From a virus: DNA of 64,000 bases. Where the stretch lies: the IMG/VR virus record IMGVR_UViG_3300042351_000704, positions 45,552-109,551 of that record; one strand, given 5' to 3'. Position numbers and translations under genes: made by a program. The stretch's first letter is position 1. The number at the start of each line of letters is the position of its first letter. Shown here piece by piece: positions 48,424-57,413 of the stretch. Below the pieces are notes generated by a model, which searched no databases, was not told the origin of the DNA, and saw only the letters and a program-made list of their open reading frames with translations.

Positions 48424-48626
48424 AGCTCTCGGTTAAAAACCTTCTCTATAATAGTCTCTGCCGAGGCGATGCTTTCCTGGCAGCCCATATAGTAGGCCTT
48501 GTTCATCATTTGTTCTATCGCTTGTGAAAAACCGTTCAGCTTTATGATCCGTAGATCATCGCTGCCGGGTAGAGCTACGGTCACCTGTTCAAACAAATCT
48601 TTAACGTCCTGTTCGTGAAGGGTCAT
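48420..48626 (-). CDS. Hypothetical protein
   Basis: Overlaps the helicase start (ATGA). Confidence 0.6.
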   Translation of the reverse strand: MTLHEQDVKDLFEQVTVALPGSDDLRIIKLNGFSQAIEQMMNKAYYMGCQESIASAETIIEKVFNREL

Positions 48627-48807
48627 CTAGTCTCAATTTTTGGATTGTAAATATAGAGAACTTCATGCATAAAACAACAGTAAGTTCTATAAAAATATAT
48701 CTTACAGCTGATACCTCTACAATTAAGTTATCTATAATAACCCAGGTTACCAAAGAAAATAGCAGGCTGATGATTAGCCGGTGTATACCTTTTTCTGTAC
48801 GTGACAT
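48601..48807 (-). CDS. Small two-TM membrane protein
   Basis: Two hydrophobic segments. Confidence 0.55.
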   Translation of the reverse strand: MSRTEKGIHRLIISLLFSLVTWVIIDNLIVEVSAVRYIFIELTVVLCMKFSIFTIQKLRLDDPSRTGR

Positions 48808-48810
48808 TCA

Positions 48811-49404
48811 TTACGGGTTAAAAGGTTGTTCTTTAAAGACGATATCTGGATCGTCCTGAAGCAGCTGACAGTAATCTGCCAGGGTAGACTTTACAGTCTT
48901 GGTTTTAGGGTCGGTCTTTTGTATAAAGTAAGAGCTGGTGGCCATAAACTTAAGGTTATCCTTAAGCTTGATAAACTTGTAATAGTTAGTGGCTTCATGG
49001 ATCAGGGGCCAGTCAAAGTTTGGATAGGCTTTAAAGAACCAGATAAACTTGATCTTGAGCTCCTCGATGTTCTGGCGCGCCACTTCACCTGTAGGCAGTA
49101 ACCCTGTAGGGAAGATGTCACGGTAAGTCTTTATCTGTTGTAAGAAATCATCACCGAGTACATCAGTAGTCACTTTCTTCTTAGTCTTAACCAGGAAGGT
49201 TTCAAAATCATCCAGTACTGTGAGTGCCTGCTCGGTAACAATACCTTCCGGACTCAACAGTCCCAGGGATTTAGCCAGTGCTCGCTCTGCATCTATGTCT
49301 ATAATGGGGGAAGGAGCTATACGGTTCCTGGTGCAATCAAGAAAGTAAAGCATGTTGGGACTCATCTGGTACTTGATAAGCGACTTCCAAAGCTGGTGAC
49401 TCAT
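48811..49404 (-). CDS. Hypothetical protein, possibly replication initiator/helicase loader
   Basis: Position upstream of the helicase; Y..IFP...PTG..AR...YFIQK pattern. Confidence 0.45.
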   Translation of the reverse strand: MSHQLWKSLIKYQMSPNMLYFLDCTRNRIAPSPIIDIDAERALAKSLGLLSPEGIVTEQALTVLDDFETFLVKTKKKVTTDVLGDDFLQQIKTYRDIFPTGLLPTGEVARQNIEELKIKFIWFFKAYPNFDWPLIHEATNYYKFIKLKDNLKFMATSSYFIQKTDPKTKTVKSTLADYCQLLQDDPDIVFKEQPFNP

Positions 49405-49834
49405 GGTTTTGTTTTATATAGGTGAGGATACTGTAATACTTCTCGCGGAAGCTGTCTGATGTTTCCATCAGGATACCAAACATGTGGATGTTGTGCACGA
49501 TTGTGGTGTGATCCCGGCCACCTAAGAATTCACCTACTCTTTCACAAGTGTACTTCATGGTGCGGGCAATGTACACGAACATCATACGCAGTTCTACCAA
49601 ATCCCTTTTCCGTGACTTGCTGCCCAAAGGGACTTTTTTGCCAAACCGGACGGGTAAAAAGGAGTCAAAGTATGACTCTAAAGTCTCAAGACTCATCAGT
49701 GGAATTCCATACTCATCCACCGTAATCTTGGTTAACACAATGGGGTCATAGCCCATTTTTAGCCTGAACTTGTTCTTAAACTCAACGATGAGCTTCTTTT
49801 CCAAGGTCGAGGCATAGATTGCGGATTCTATCAT
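49337..49834 (-). CDS. Protein with DnaA domain IV (Bac_DnaA_C) helix-turn-helix
   Basis: SKSRKRDLVELRMMFVYIAR...VGEFLGGRDHTTIVH matches the DnaA signature; no AAA+ domain. Confidence 0.85.
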   Translation of the reverse strand: MIESAIYASTLEKKLIVEFKNKFRLKMGYDPIVLTKITVDEYGIPLMSLETLESYFDSFLPVRFGKKVPLGSKSRKRDLVELRMMFVYIARTMKYTCERVGEFLGGRDHTTIVHNIHMFGILMETSDSFREKYYSILTYIKQNHESPALEVAYQVPDESQHALLS

Positions 49835-49956
49835 ATACCTGAGATTATTTACTTGTGCAAATGTATTGAAAGTTCTACAAAAAGTAGTATATTATATTGT
49901 AGAGTGTTTAGAAGTTCTACAGTATTTTTTCTTTATATATCCTAACCTTACTTGCC
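49835..49956. promoter_or_regulatory. Divergent control region
   Basis: TACATTTG on the - strand (49858-49865); AAGTTCTACA direct repeats at 49870 and 49912; TATATTATATTGTAG at 49888; AT-rich. Confidence 0.7.
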
Positions 49957-50691
49957 ATGGCAAAAAAGTTTTACGCCCAGACAGACGCCCTAGGTTTCCC
50001 TATTCCGGGTACCATGATGTCACATATAGAAGTTCCTGTAGTTGATAACATATTGGAAATCACTACAAATATGCATCTTCCAGCTCATCCTGGGGGTCTT
50101 AGATACTACATACGCCTGGACGAGAAAGGGGCTATTTTACCTAATAGCCTGTTTATTCACTTTGATGTGATTGATCAGTCAGATGTAGTTAGCCTGCAAC
50201 AACCAAATGTAGTAATCTACACAGTTGGCCAGTCAGCATTGGGTGGTGTAATAGCCTACATTTTACAGCCAGGTGATGCTGGATATGATCCTAATGTACA
50301 GCACGGTTTGGTAACTACCAGTGGGAATGTGGATACCGGAGCTATATGGGGTTGTGTTGGAACTGCTATTCCTGGCGCTGCTGGTACAGCTATAGGAACT
50401 GGTTACCAAAATACACTGGACATAGTAGCTGGATGTAATTTTCCTTTTAGTGCAGCTGCCATCTGTAATGATTTAGACGAAGGTGGTTATACAGACTGGT
50501 TCTTACCTAGTAAAGATGAATTAAACAAGCTATACCTTAACAGAACACCTATCGGTGGCTTTGTTTCTTTCTACTTAAGTTCTACAGAAGCTGGTGATGA
50601 TACAGCGTGGGGTCAAAACTTTACCAATGGTGTACAGTTTGGCTATCCAAAAGATCAACCAATGTTTGTAAGAGCAATTAGAACTTACTAA
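49957..50691 (+). CDS. DUF1566 (Lcl C-terminal)-domain protein, probably virion-associated
   Basis: GGVIAYI, AIGTGYQNT, GGYTDWFLPSKDELNKLY, SSTE..AW..VRAIR. Confidence 0.75.
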   Translation: MAKKFYAQTDALGFPIPGTMMSHIEVPVVDNILEITTNMHLPAHPGGLRYYIRLDEKGAILPNSLFIHFDVIDQSDVVSLQQPNVVIYTVGQSALGGVIAYILQPGDAGYDPNVQHGLVTTSGNVDTGAIWGCVGTAIPGAAGTAIGTGYQNTLDIVAGCNFPFSAAAICNDLDEGGYTDWFLPSKDELNKLYLNRTPIGGFVSFYLSSTEAGDDTAWGQNFTNGVQFGYPKDQPMFVRAIRTY

Positions 50692-50707
50692 ACCCACCTT
50701 CTAAGCA

Positions 50708-51031
50708 ATGGCATCACCACTTTTAGACAAGATCAAACTCTATTTGTTTCCTGGTCTGGCTTCTTTATTAGGGCTACTGATCTGGACTGCGGTGAACGAT
50801 GTAAAACAAGAACTAAAAGCTGTACGTGAGGACATGAAAATCCTGATGGCACAGTCTAACATAGATAAGACACGTATCGATAACCTTGAACGTGTGGTAT
50901 ATGGGAACATGACGACCAACCGTCTTCCTGAAAAAAAGCCTGCAGCCCAACCTGCATTCCTGCAGATCATCGCGGTAAAGCCCGAAGATCGCATCAGCCC
51001 TCAAGCAGATCCTGCTAAAAGAGCACTTTAA
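50708..51031 (+). CDS. Single-TM coiled-coil protein (lysis module)
   Basis: N-terminal TM followed by heptad repeats. Confidence 0.55.
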   Translation: MASPLLDKIKLYLFPGLASLLGLLIWTAVNDVKQELKAVREDMKILMAQSNIDKTRIDNLERVVYGNMTTNRLPEKKPAAQPAFLQIIAVKPEDRISPQADPAKRAL

Positions 51032-51042
51032 AAAATCAACAT

Positions 51043-51297
51043 ATGACCTTTAAACAATGGGTCCTCGACTTGTTAAAAGACGAGAGGGGGGCCACATCTA
51101 TCAAACCGGTAGTGGCTTTGGCGTGTACTATATTTCTTTGTCTCGCCCTTGTTGCAAACGCTTTTAACCGCACAGGTATATCACCATCTGACGCTTTGGT
51201 AGATGCCGTGATGTATGTATGTATCGCAGCCATGATTGGAGACACCGGTGATAAGTTCTCCTTACGTAAAAAACAAGAAAAACCTGAAGATGAATAG
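51043..51297 (+). CDS. Holin-like two-TM protein
   Basis: Two TM helices and a charged C-terminus, upstream of the endolysin. Confidence 0.5.
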   Translation: MTFKQWVLDLLKDERGATSIKPVVALACTIFLCLALVANAFNRTGISPSDALVDAVMYVCIAAMIGDTGDKFSLRKKQEKPEDE

Positions 51298-51916
51298 AGT
51301 AATAACCATCATCGTGATTGCTGTTGCAGTCATATTCTTCTTACAGCAAAACGGCTGTAATCCGATGAAGAACTACGGTCCTCCGAAGAGTGACACCATT
51401 ACGGTGCACGATACTGCGTGGAAGATCCACGACAGTTTGATATTCAGAAAGGTCGAGGTGTTAAAGACACTGCCGCCTATTCATGATACACTTCCGCCAC
51501 AGCTGATACCGGATACAAACTATGCTAAGCTTAAAGCTCAGTATGAGCATTTGTTAAACCAGCTTTATGCTATGAATATCTCTATAGATACCCTCAAGCT
51601 GGATACGATCGGTTGGGTTGCTATTACAGACACTGTAGAGCAAAACAAGATCAAAACTCGTTCTTATAAATATAACTACAAGGTTCCTACTATCACCAAG
51701 ACGACCACTATTACACACTATGCTGCTCCTAAAAGACAGATGTATGTAGGTGGAGGTATTGACATGAACTCTACCCTGGGTGTAAATGGCGTACACGGTG
51801 GTTTCCTGTATAAGAACAGGAAGGACCAAATTTTTGGACTAAACATCGGTACCACTGTAAATGGCGGTATCAATTACGGCTTCCAATCATATTGGAAGAT
51901 CAAACTAAAACAATAA
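51290..51916 (+). CDS. Membrane-anchored protein, possible spanin
   Basis: N-terminal TM, DT-rich periplasmic part, beta-strand C-terminus (YGFQSYWKI); in the lysis module. Confidence 0.45.
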   Translation: MNRVITIIVIAVAVIFFLQQNGCNPMKNYGPPKSDTITVHDTAWKIHDSLIFRKVEVLKTLPPIHDTLPPQLIPDTNYAKLKAQYEHLLNQLYAMNISIDTLKLDTIGWVAITDTVEQNKIKTRSYKYNYKVPTITKTTTITHYAAPKRQMYVGGGIDMNSTLGVNGVHGGFLYKNRKDQIFGLNIGTTVNGGINYGFQSYWKIKLKQ

Positions 51917-51918
51917 CT

Positions 51919-52206
51919 ATGAAAAAGATCATTGCTATCATTACAAAAATCGTTGCTACTGTAAAGAGCATCGTTGCTATCGTAAAAAAAGCATTAGGAC
52001 TGGTAAAAACCATCACTCCTGAACAAAAGAAAGAAGCTGAAACCATTGTCAAAGATGTTATCAAAGCAGTGGAAGAAGTAAAAGTTAAGCAAGCTGAAGC
52101 TCCTGTTGCACCTAAAGGCAACTTGATACCACTTGAAAGTGCTCCTGCAGCTCCTAAAAAGAAAAAGAAGTACTACAAGCCAAAGGCTAAGAGTAACTCT
52201 CTGTAA
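51919..52206 (+). CDS. Amphipathic, Lys-rich small protein
   Basis: MKKIIAIITKIVATVKSIVAIVKK amphipathic helix; KKKKKYYK tail. Confidence 0.55.
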   Translation: MKKIIAIITKIVATVKSIVAIVKKALGLVKTITPEQKKEAETIVKDVIKAVEEVKVKQAEAPVAPKGNLIPLESAPAAPKKKKKYYKPKAKSNSL

Positions 52207-52220
52207 TAAACTTATACTAT

Positions 52221-52838
52221 ATGAATATTGATCGACTAAAGGGACATGTCCCTGACTCTATTATTGCACAAATACCCGGAGTGATGGAGAAGTTTGGTGT
52301 GAACACACCGCTACGACTTTCACACTTCCTGGCACAGTGTGGCCATGAGTCTGGTGGCTTTAGAGTGTTCTCTGAAAACCTGAACTACTCGGCTAAAGGC
52401 CTGGTAGGCATCTTTAAAAAATACTTTAAGCGTGCAGACGGCACTGTAGATGAGCCAAAAGCTGCAGCGTATGCGCGTCAGCCTATTAAAATAGCAAACC
52501 TGGTGTATGGTAACCGTATGGGTAATGGTCCGGAATCATCTGGTGATGGTTACAAATACCGTGGTCGCGGAGCAATCCAGCTGACTGGTAAAAGTAACTA
52601 TACAGCTTTCTTTAAAGCGGCAGGACTTCCACCGGAAACCAATCCGGATGTAGTGAGTACACAGTATGCTTTGTTATCTGCTGCCTGGTTCTGGAGCAGC
52701 AACGGTTTGAATAAACTGGCTGATGGTGGCGCCACTGATGCAGTGGTAACATCTATTACTAAAAGAGTGAACGGTGGCACCATTGGTTTGCCGGACCGTA
52801 TTAAGCACTTTAAAGAATACCACGCATTACTCGTATAA
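52221..52838 (+). CDS. GH19 (chitinase-fold) endolysin
   Basis: HFLAQCGHESGG...ENLNYS, DGYKYRGRGAIQLTGKSNY, SAAWFW, TKRVNGGTIGLPDR. Confidence 0.93.
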   Translation: MNIDRLKGHVPDSIIAQIPGVMEKFGVNTPLRLSHFLAQCGHESGGFRVFSENLNYSAKGLVGIFKKYFKRADGTVDEPKAAAYARQPIKIANLVYGNRMGNGPESSGDGYKYRGRGAIQLTGKSNYTAFFKAAGLPPETNPDVVSTQYALLSAAWFWSSNGLNKLADGGATDAVVTSITKRVNGGTIGLPDRIKHFKEYHALLV

Positions 52839-52858
52839 CCCTATAAAACATAAAACCA

Positions 52859-52987
52859 ATGGCTGTTAAAAAATCTACAACAGGATCACGTAAAGTTTCC
52901 TTTGGGAAACGAAAAGGAGGCAAGGCTAAAAAGTCTAGCGGACCTAAAGACAAGCCTGTGAAAAAGTATCAAGGACAAGGAAGATAA
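52859..52987 (+). CDS. 42-aa highly basic peptide ending KKYQGQGR (not in ORF track)
   Basis: MAVKKSTTGSRKVSFGKRKGGKAKKSSGPKDKPVKKYQGQGR, with an A-rich leader. Confidence 0.7.
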   Translation: MAVKKSTTGSRKVSFGKRKGGKAKKSSGPKDKPVKKYQGQGR

Positions 52988-53017
52988 TATCTTCCTTTTC
53001 TTTTAATATATAACTCT

Positions 53018-53650
53018 ATGACACTGATTAATCGTATAAAAGAAAAACTGGTACTGATCCCAATCTACCTGGCTCTCACCTGGGTAATACTGGCTGTAAT
53101 ATTCCAGATGTTTATGGTTGGACTTCATTTTGCAGGTCAGGAAGAAACCATCCGCACTATTGTAAACTGGTTTGACTGGAAGTTTGACGGACGTTTTAAG
53201 AACTCTCCCGGTAATATTTGGTACGAAGAGCCTAAAGTGATTCATGTAGGCAGTGTCACTAACGCTGTGGTGGTAGGTCCACTTACCGGCAATCGCAAGC
53301 TAGAGTTTGGTGTGAAGAATGTAATAGAAGAAGTGCTGCAGGATAAAGAATATAACCTGGACAGTACAGCTTCTATGAAACTTACAGCAGAGATTATCTA
53401 CCTGGATGTATTAAAGACAGAGTCAAGTTTTTCTGTGATACATAAAAACAAAGAGTCTGTTGTTATCAGATTAAGGGGTCAATTACTCAAAGATGGTAAG
53501 GTAAAAAAGAAAGCTACCGTTGAAGAGTCTGCAGATGAGATCTCTTTGAGTACACTCGCCATTGACCAGGGCGGTAAGTTCAACCAGCAGAACCTGAGCT
53601 CTGCATTAAAAAAAGCTTCAGAATCTTTAGTTAACAAGTTGATCAACTAA
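53018..53650 (+). CDS. N-terminally anchored CsgG/TolB-N-like protein
   Basis: TM segment, then LEFGVKNVIEEVL...AEIIYLD..VVIRLRG..KFNQQNLSSALKKA, which parallels the 57410 protein (KFNQSTISIATKKA). Confidence 0.55.
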   Translation: MTLINRIKEKLVLIPIYLALTWVILAVIFQMFMVGLHFAGQEETIRTIVNWFDWKFDGRFKNSPGNIWYEEPKVIHVGSVTNAVVVGPLTGNRKLEFGVKNVIEEVLQDKEYNLDSTASMKLTAEIIYLDVLKTESSFSVIHKNKESVVIRLRGQLLKDGKVKKKATVEESADEISLSTLAIDQGGKFNQQNLSSALKKASESLVNKLIN

Positions 53651-53651
53651 T

Positions 53652-55760
53652 ATGAAAAGAACGTTCTTATTTCTACTGATCTTACTCAGTGTGACTATGT
53701 CATCTTTTGCCCAGATTAAGTTCAGGGCTTTATCGTCTGTAGGGGGTGTTACACTTGCTAGAGGAGGAGAGTTTGACTATATTATTCAAGCCAATGGTAA
53801 TGGTAACACTAGTACTCGTCAGTTATTATTTGATGTACAGTATGATAAAGACAACTTTGAAATTGTTTCTGTCAATCATACCGGTACAGGAGGAAATGGT
53901 GGCGTGCTTCCTCAAAACTCTAACCCACAAATTTCCTGGACCAACTACCCGTTGTATAATTTTGTAACTTCTGCACAGAACACCACTGCTAATGGTACTA
54001 CTAACTACCAGTTTGCTAACTATAATTATTCTACAAGCAATGTGTATGCCATCTTAAGAGCTACACTTACCTGGTCTACTAACAGTGGTATGCCTTATAC
54101 AGGTTATGACCGCATGATTGTTATTAAGTTCAGACTAAGAGCTAATTCTACAGCTTTCAGTTTTAATCCGATCAGATTAAACTTTGTAGCAGGCTGGACC
54201 GGAGCTGGTCAGTGGGATAATACTATTATGGAAAGTCCATTATCTACATCTGTTATAATGAACCAAAACTTTGGTAAGTATATCAGCGCCAAGGTGGACC
54301 TGAACACAAACCTTTTTAATCTTTCTAATGTAAGAGTATCTTTTAGAGATACTGCTACCAATACAGGCGTGATATTCCCTGTTACTTCTACAGGAGAAGT
54401 AGATATCAACCAGTCTCAACTGGCTGCCAATAAAGTGTATGACATCACAGTTATGCATGAGCTGGATAAGCTTTACACTATATACAATAATGCAATTACT
54501 ATATCAGATTTTACAACGTCTCAATCAGAGTTTACTTCTATGGGTCTTGATGGCTCAAAAGGTGTAACACTCAAGACTGGTCAGTCCCTATATGCTGCAG
54601 ATATCAACAGGAATAGGTCATTGGATGGTGGAGATCTTCCACGTTTACTGTCACAAGTGACGGGTATTGATACTTTGATAACACTACCTGCGGGATATGT
54701 TGCCGGCAGTGGCGGATTTATGAGTCTTCCTACCTGGCTTGGTACAGATGCTATAACAACTGCAGGACAAGTAGAGTGGTGTGTAATTACACCAAACGCT
54801 TATGGACAGGGAGTGAGCCGTATCCAGGTAGATATGAGAGAGTTTAACGGAACAGGTGTAACACCTGCTGATATAAAAAGTATACAGTTATTTGACATCT
54901 TTTCTGGTGTTGTAGAGTTTATGAGCAATGATGCTACATGGGCTACTTATAAGGTGGTGAGTAACTTATCTAAAGCCACTGATGGATCTTCTGTGAACTT
55001 ATCAAACATACGTAACATCAACGGTTCTTCTGATTATGGCTTACAGGCAGAGTTTACATTTAATACTTCTCCTGGTGCTTCATGGAACTCGATCACTACC
55101 TCTAACTGGAAGAACATCACTGCACCAAAAGTATTTTACAGAACAGGTGCACTTGGAACTAATCAGTTCCTGGACCTGAAATATTTATTATGGGGTGATG
55201 TGAACAGATCACACTCTTCTCAAGTGGTAGTAAGCAGCGCTGGTACAAATACTGTACAGACTAATGCTGCAGTGAGTATGCAAACAAATACTGCATTCAG
55301 AAATGAAGCGTCTTTATACGTGAATAATCCTGGACCAGTGAGTGAATCGATCGATGTAAATCTTACTAATCTTACAGTAACATCAAACAGTGTTGAGATA
55401 CCGGTGAGTGTAGATCCAAAAGGAGCTTTAGTAAGTGGATTACAGTTTGAGTTTACGTTTGATCCTGCTAAGATAAAATTTGAAGAGCTTCTAGCTAACG
55501 TACCTAATACATGGTATGTATTTGCCAGCTGTAAAGACGGACGTGTAAAGTTTGGAGCATTGGATCAGAACAAGACTACAAGTCTGTCTACTACTACAGT
55601 GCCGTTCAAGTTAAAGTTCTCAACTATTGGAGAGGGTGTAAACATTATTACATCTGTAAAAGTATCTGCACTGATGGACGCCAGTGATGCCAAAGGCAAT
55701 CAGCTGGGTATGAATCTGAACACTACACAAATCAAGTTAACCGGTTATAATAATTTCTAA
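53652..55760 (+). CDS. Secreted cohesin/dockerin-like protein (702 aa)
   Basis: Signal peptide ending SFA-Q. Cohesin-like N- and C-domains (LLFDVQYD; VSGLQFEFTFDPAKIKF). Dockerin/EF-hand-like AADINRNRSLDGGD and WGDVNRS. Confidence 0.65.
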   Translation: MKRTFLFLLILLSVTMSSFAQIKFRALSSVGGVTLARGGEFDYIIQANGNGNTSTRQLLFDVQYDKDNFEIVSVNHTGTGGNGGVLPQNSNPQISWTNYPLYNFVTSAQNTTANGTTNYQFANYNYSTSNVYAILRATLTWSTNSGMPYTGYDRMIVIKFRLRANSTAFSFNPIRLNFVAGWTGAGQWDNTIMESPLSTSVIMNQNFGKYISAKVDLNTNLFNLSNVRVSFRDTATNTGVIFPVTSTGEVDINQSQLAANKVYDITVMHELDKLYTIYNNAITISDFTTSQSEFTSMGLDGSKGVTLKTGQSLYAADINRNRSLDGGDLPRLLSQVTGIDTLITLPAGYVAGSGGFMSLPTWLGTDAITTAGQVEWCVITPNAYGQGVSRIQVDMREFNGTGVTPADIKSIQLFDIFSGVVEFMSNDATWATYKVVSNLSKATDGSSVNLSNIRNINGSSDYGLQAEFTFNTSPGASWNSITTSNWKNITAPKVFYRTGALGTNQFLDLKYLLWGDVNRSHSSQVVVSSAGTNTVQTNAAVSMQTNTAFRNEASLYVNNPGPVSESIDVNLTNLTVTSNSVEIPVSVDPKGALVSGLQFEFTFDPAKIKFEELLANVPNTWYVFASCKDGRVKFGALDQNKTTSLSTTTVPFKLKFSTIGEGVNIITSVKVSALMDASDAKGNQLGMNLNTTQIKLTGYNNF

Positions 55761-55764
55761 GACT

Positions 55765-56139
55765 ATGAAAGAAACAAGCAAACTACTACTGATCTATTTG
55801 TTCTGTATCGTATTAGCCATCATTGCGTGCACTAAGATCGCTATGGAACCCGCACCAGTGATTGACCTGGGTGTACAGTCTACATCTACAGGTATCAAGA
55901 CTATTGTACAAACTGGAAACACTTTGGATGTAGAGTTTACAACTACACCAGGTGCAAAGTATTCTGTACAAGTGGTGCCTTTTGGAAAAGAAGAACCTGT
56001 TAAGAAAGAAGGCTTCACTGCAGTGAGTGAAATTACAAAGAAGTCTTATGACCTGTCTGCGTTACCAAAGCGTGACTATGATTTTGTCTTTATAGACATC
56101 AATGGTAAAGAAGTAAAATATCCTATAGTTATTAAATAA
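55765..56139 (+). CDS. Lipoprotein with T9SS-CTD-like Ig fold
   Basis: Lipobox IIA-C; C-terminus YDLSALPKRDYDFVFIDINGKEVKYPIVIK. Confidence 0.6.
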   Translation: MKETSKLLLIYLFCIVLAIIACTKIAMEPAPVIDLGVQSTSTGIKTIVQTGNTLDVEFTTTPGAKYSVQVVPFGKEEPVKKEGFTAVSEITKKSYDLSALPKRDYDFVFIDINGKEVKYPIVIK

Positions 56140-56154
56140 TAAAAACAACACACT

Positions 56155-56460
56155 ATGTCAGAAGAACAAGCAAGCACCGGTGGTTCTTTAAAGAACATTC
56201 TCATCGGTTTAGTATCAACCGTCACCCTAGGTGTGGGTGGATGGTTTACCAGTAAACTTACTGGTGAAGACGAAAAAGAAGCAGCTCCTGCTGCCGCGGC
56301 TCCTGTAATCAACATTACCAACTCTAACCAACAAGCACAGCAAGCTGCTGCAGGTGGTAAGACCGTTATCATCAAGGAAAAAGAAGTTGCAGCTAAACCA
56401 GCTCCAGCTAAAGTTAAAAAAGACGGTGATGAGTTTAAAGAAGAAGCCCCTAAATGGTAA
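56155..56460 (+). CDS. Single-TM protein with Ala/Pro-rich tail
   Basis: ILIGLVSTVTLGVGGWF TM segment. Confidence 0.65.
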   Translation: MSEEQASTGGSLKNILIGLVSTVTLGVGGWFTSKLTGEDEKEAAPAAAAPVINITNSNQQAQQAAAGGKTVIIKEKEVAAKPAPAKVKKDGDEFKEEAPKW

Positions 56461-56463
56461 GTT

Positions 56464-56571
56464 ATGGCAAATGCTAAGAAGAAAAAAAGAGCCATGCGAT
56501 CGATCCGCTCAGGCCGTAAGACGACAGCTCAGATTAAGAAAAACCAGGAAATATTAAAAACTTATGAGTAA
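56464..56571 (+). CDS. 35-aa basic peptide (not in ORF track)
   Basis: MANAKKKKRAMRSIRSGRKTTAQIKKNQEILKTYE fills the gap and overlaps the next start. Confidence 0.5.
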   Translation: MANAKKKKRAMRSIRSGRKTTAQIKKNQEILKTYE

Positions 56572-57163
56572 TCAAGAACCAAACACAGGCTTCAGGGAAC
56601 TCCTGAATGCCATGATGCAAAGACGTTGGTACATCACTGCAGGTGTACTCGGTGGATTTATACTAATTATTGCAGGAATCTTTACAGCTGTATCCAATAA
56701 CGCCACTATGGCGGGTGAATGGAAAGAGTTGTTAATGCTTTTACTGGGTGCCTTTATTGGCTCTTACGGTAAGATCATTGACTACTGGTTCTCTGATACA
56801 GATAAAGATAAGATGCTGGTACAGAAGATGGATGAAGAAGATGGAGTTTCTATGGGTCATACTAATGACATGAAAGAAACTAACAGACCTTTTACACCAA
56901 TTGTACCGGATGCTTTTGTTGCCGGAGCACAAGCTGCCCGTGAACTGGCTGTTGTAGAAAACAAACAACGCTATGACCTGCAAAAAGATGAGCAGGAACA
57001 CAGACAAATTCTTGAAGCTGACCAACAAGAACACGAACAAGAAATGGAAAAGCTGGAATTTGAACACCAGGAGCACCGTCAGTGCGAACATGTATGGGGT
57101 GACTCAGATCATGATGGTGAACTTGAATGCCAGAAATGTGGTAGGATTAAAGATCCGCACTAA
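56564..57163 (+). CDS. Two-TM membrane protein with coiled coil and C-terminal Cys/His motif
   Basis: TMs ending LLGAFIGSYGKIIDYWF; CEHVW...ECQKCG. Confidence 0.7.
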   Translation: MSNQEPNTGFRELLNAMMQRRWYITAGVLGGFILIIAGIFTAVSNNATMAGEWKELLMLLLGAFIGSYGKIIDYWFSDTDKDKMLVQKMDEEDGVSMGHTNDMKETNRPFTPIVPDAFVAGAQAARELAVVENKQRYDLQKDEQEHRQILEADQQEHEQEMEKLEFEHQEHRQCEHVWGDSDHDGELECQKCGRIKDPH

Positions 57164-57194
57164 TTGTTAACGTAACCCTTCTACATGGACACTG

Positions 57195-57413
57195 ATGACC
57201 AAAAGAAACAGACTAAAACTATTACGTTCCTGTCGGGATGCCAGCTTAATGGCTGCCATGTTCTTCCTGCCGCTGGGGTACGATCTCTTGTTCAAGACGC
57301 TTTTAGATTACACTGGGAGCTTCTGGGCCACCGATATCATATTCTACTCGCTGTCAGGGGTGTTCTGGCTGTCCTACTTCTTGCTGTCCAGATATTTAAA
57401 ACCTAAGACATGA
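57195..57413 (+). CDS. Small membrane protein
   Basis: MFFLPLGYD...FYSLSGVFW hydrophobic segments; ATGA overlap with the next gene. Confidence 0.6.
   Translation: MTKRNRLKLLRSCRDASLMAAMFFLPLGYDLLFKTLLDYTGSFWATDIIFYSLSGVFWLSYFLLSRYLKPKT

Noticed and set aside
49957-50691. DUF1566 gene as a diversity-generating retroelement target
   Set aside because: No reverse transcriptase and no template-repeat copy seen in the window.
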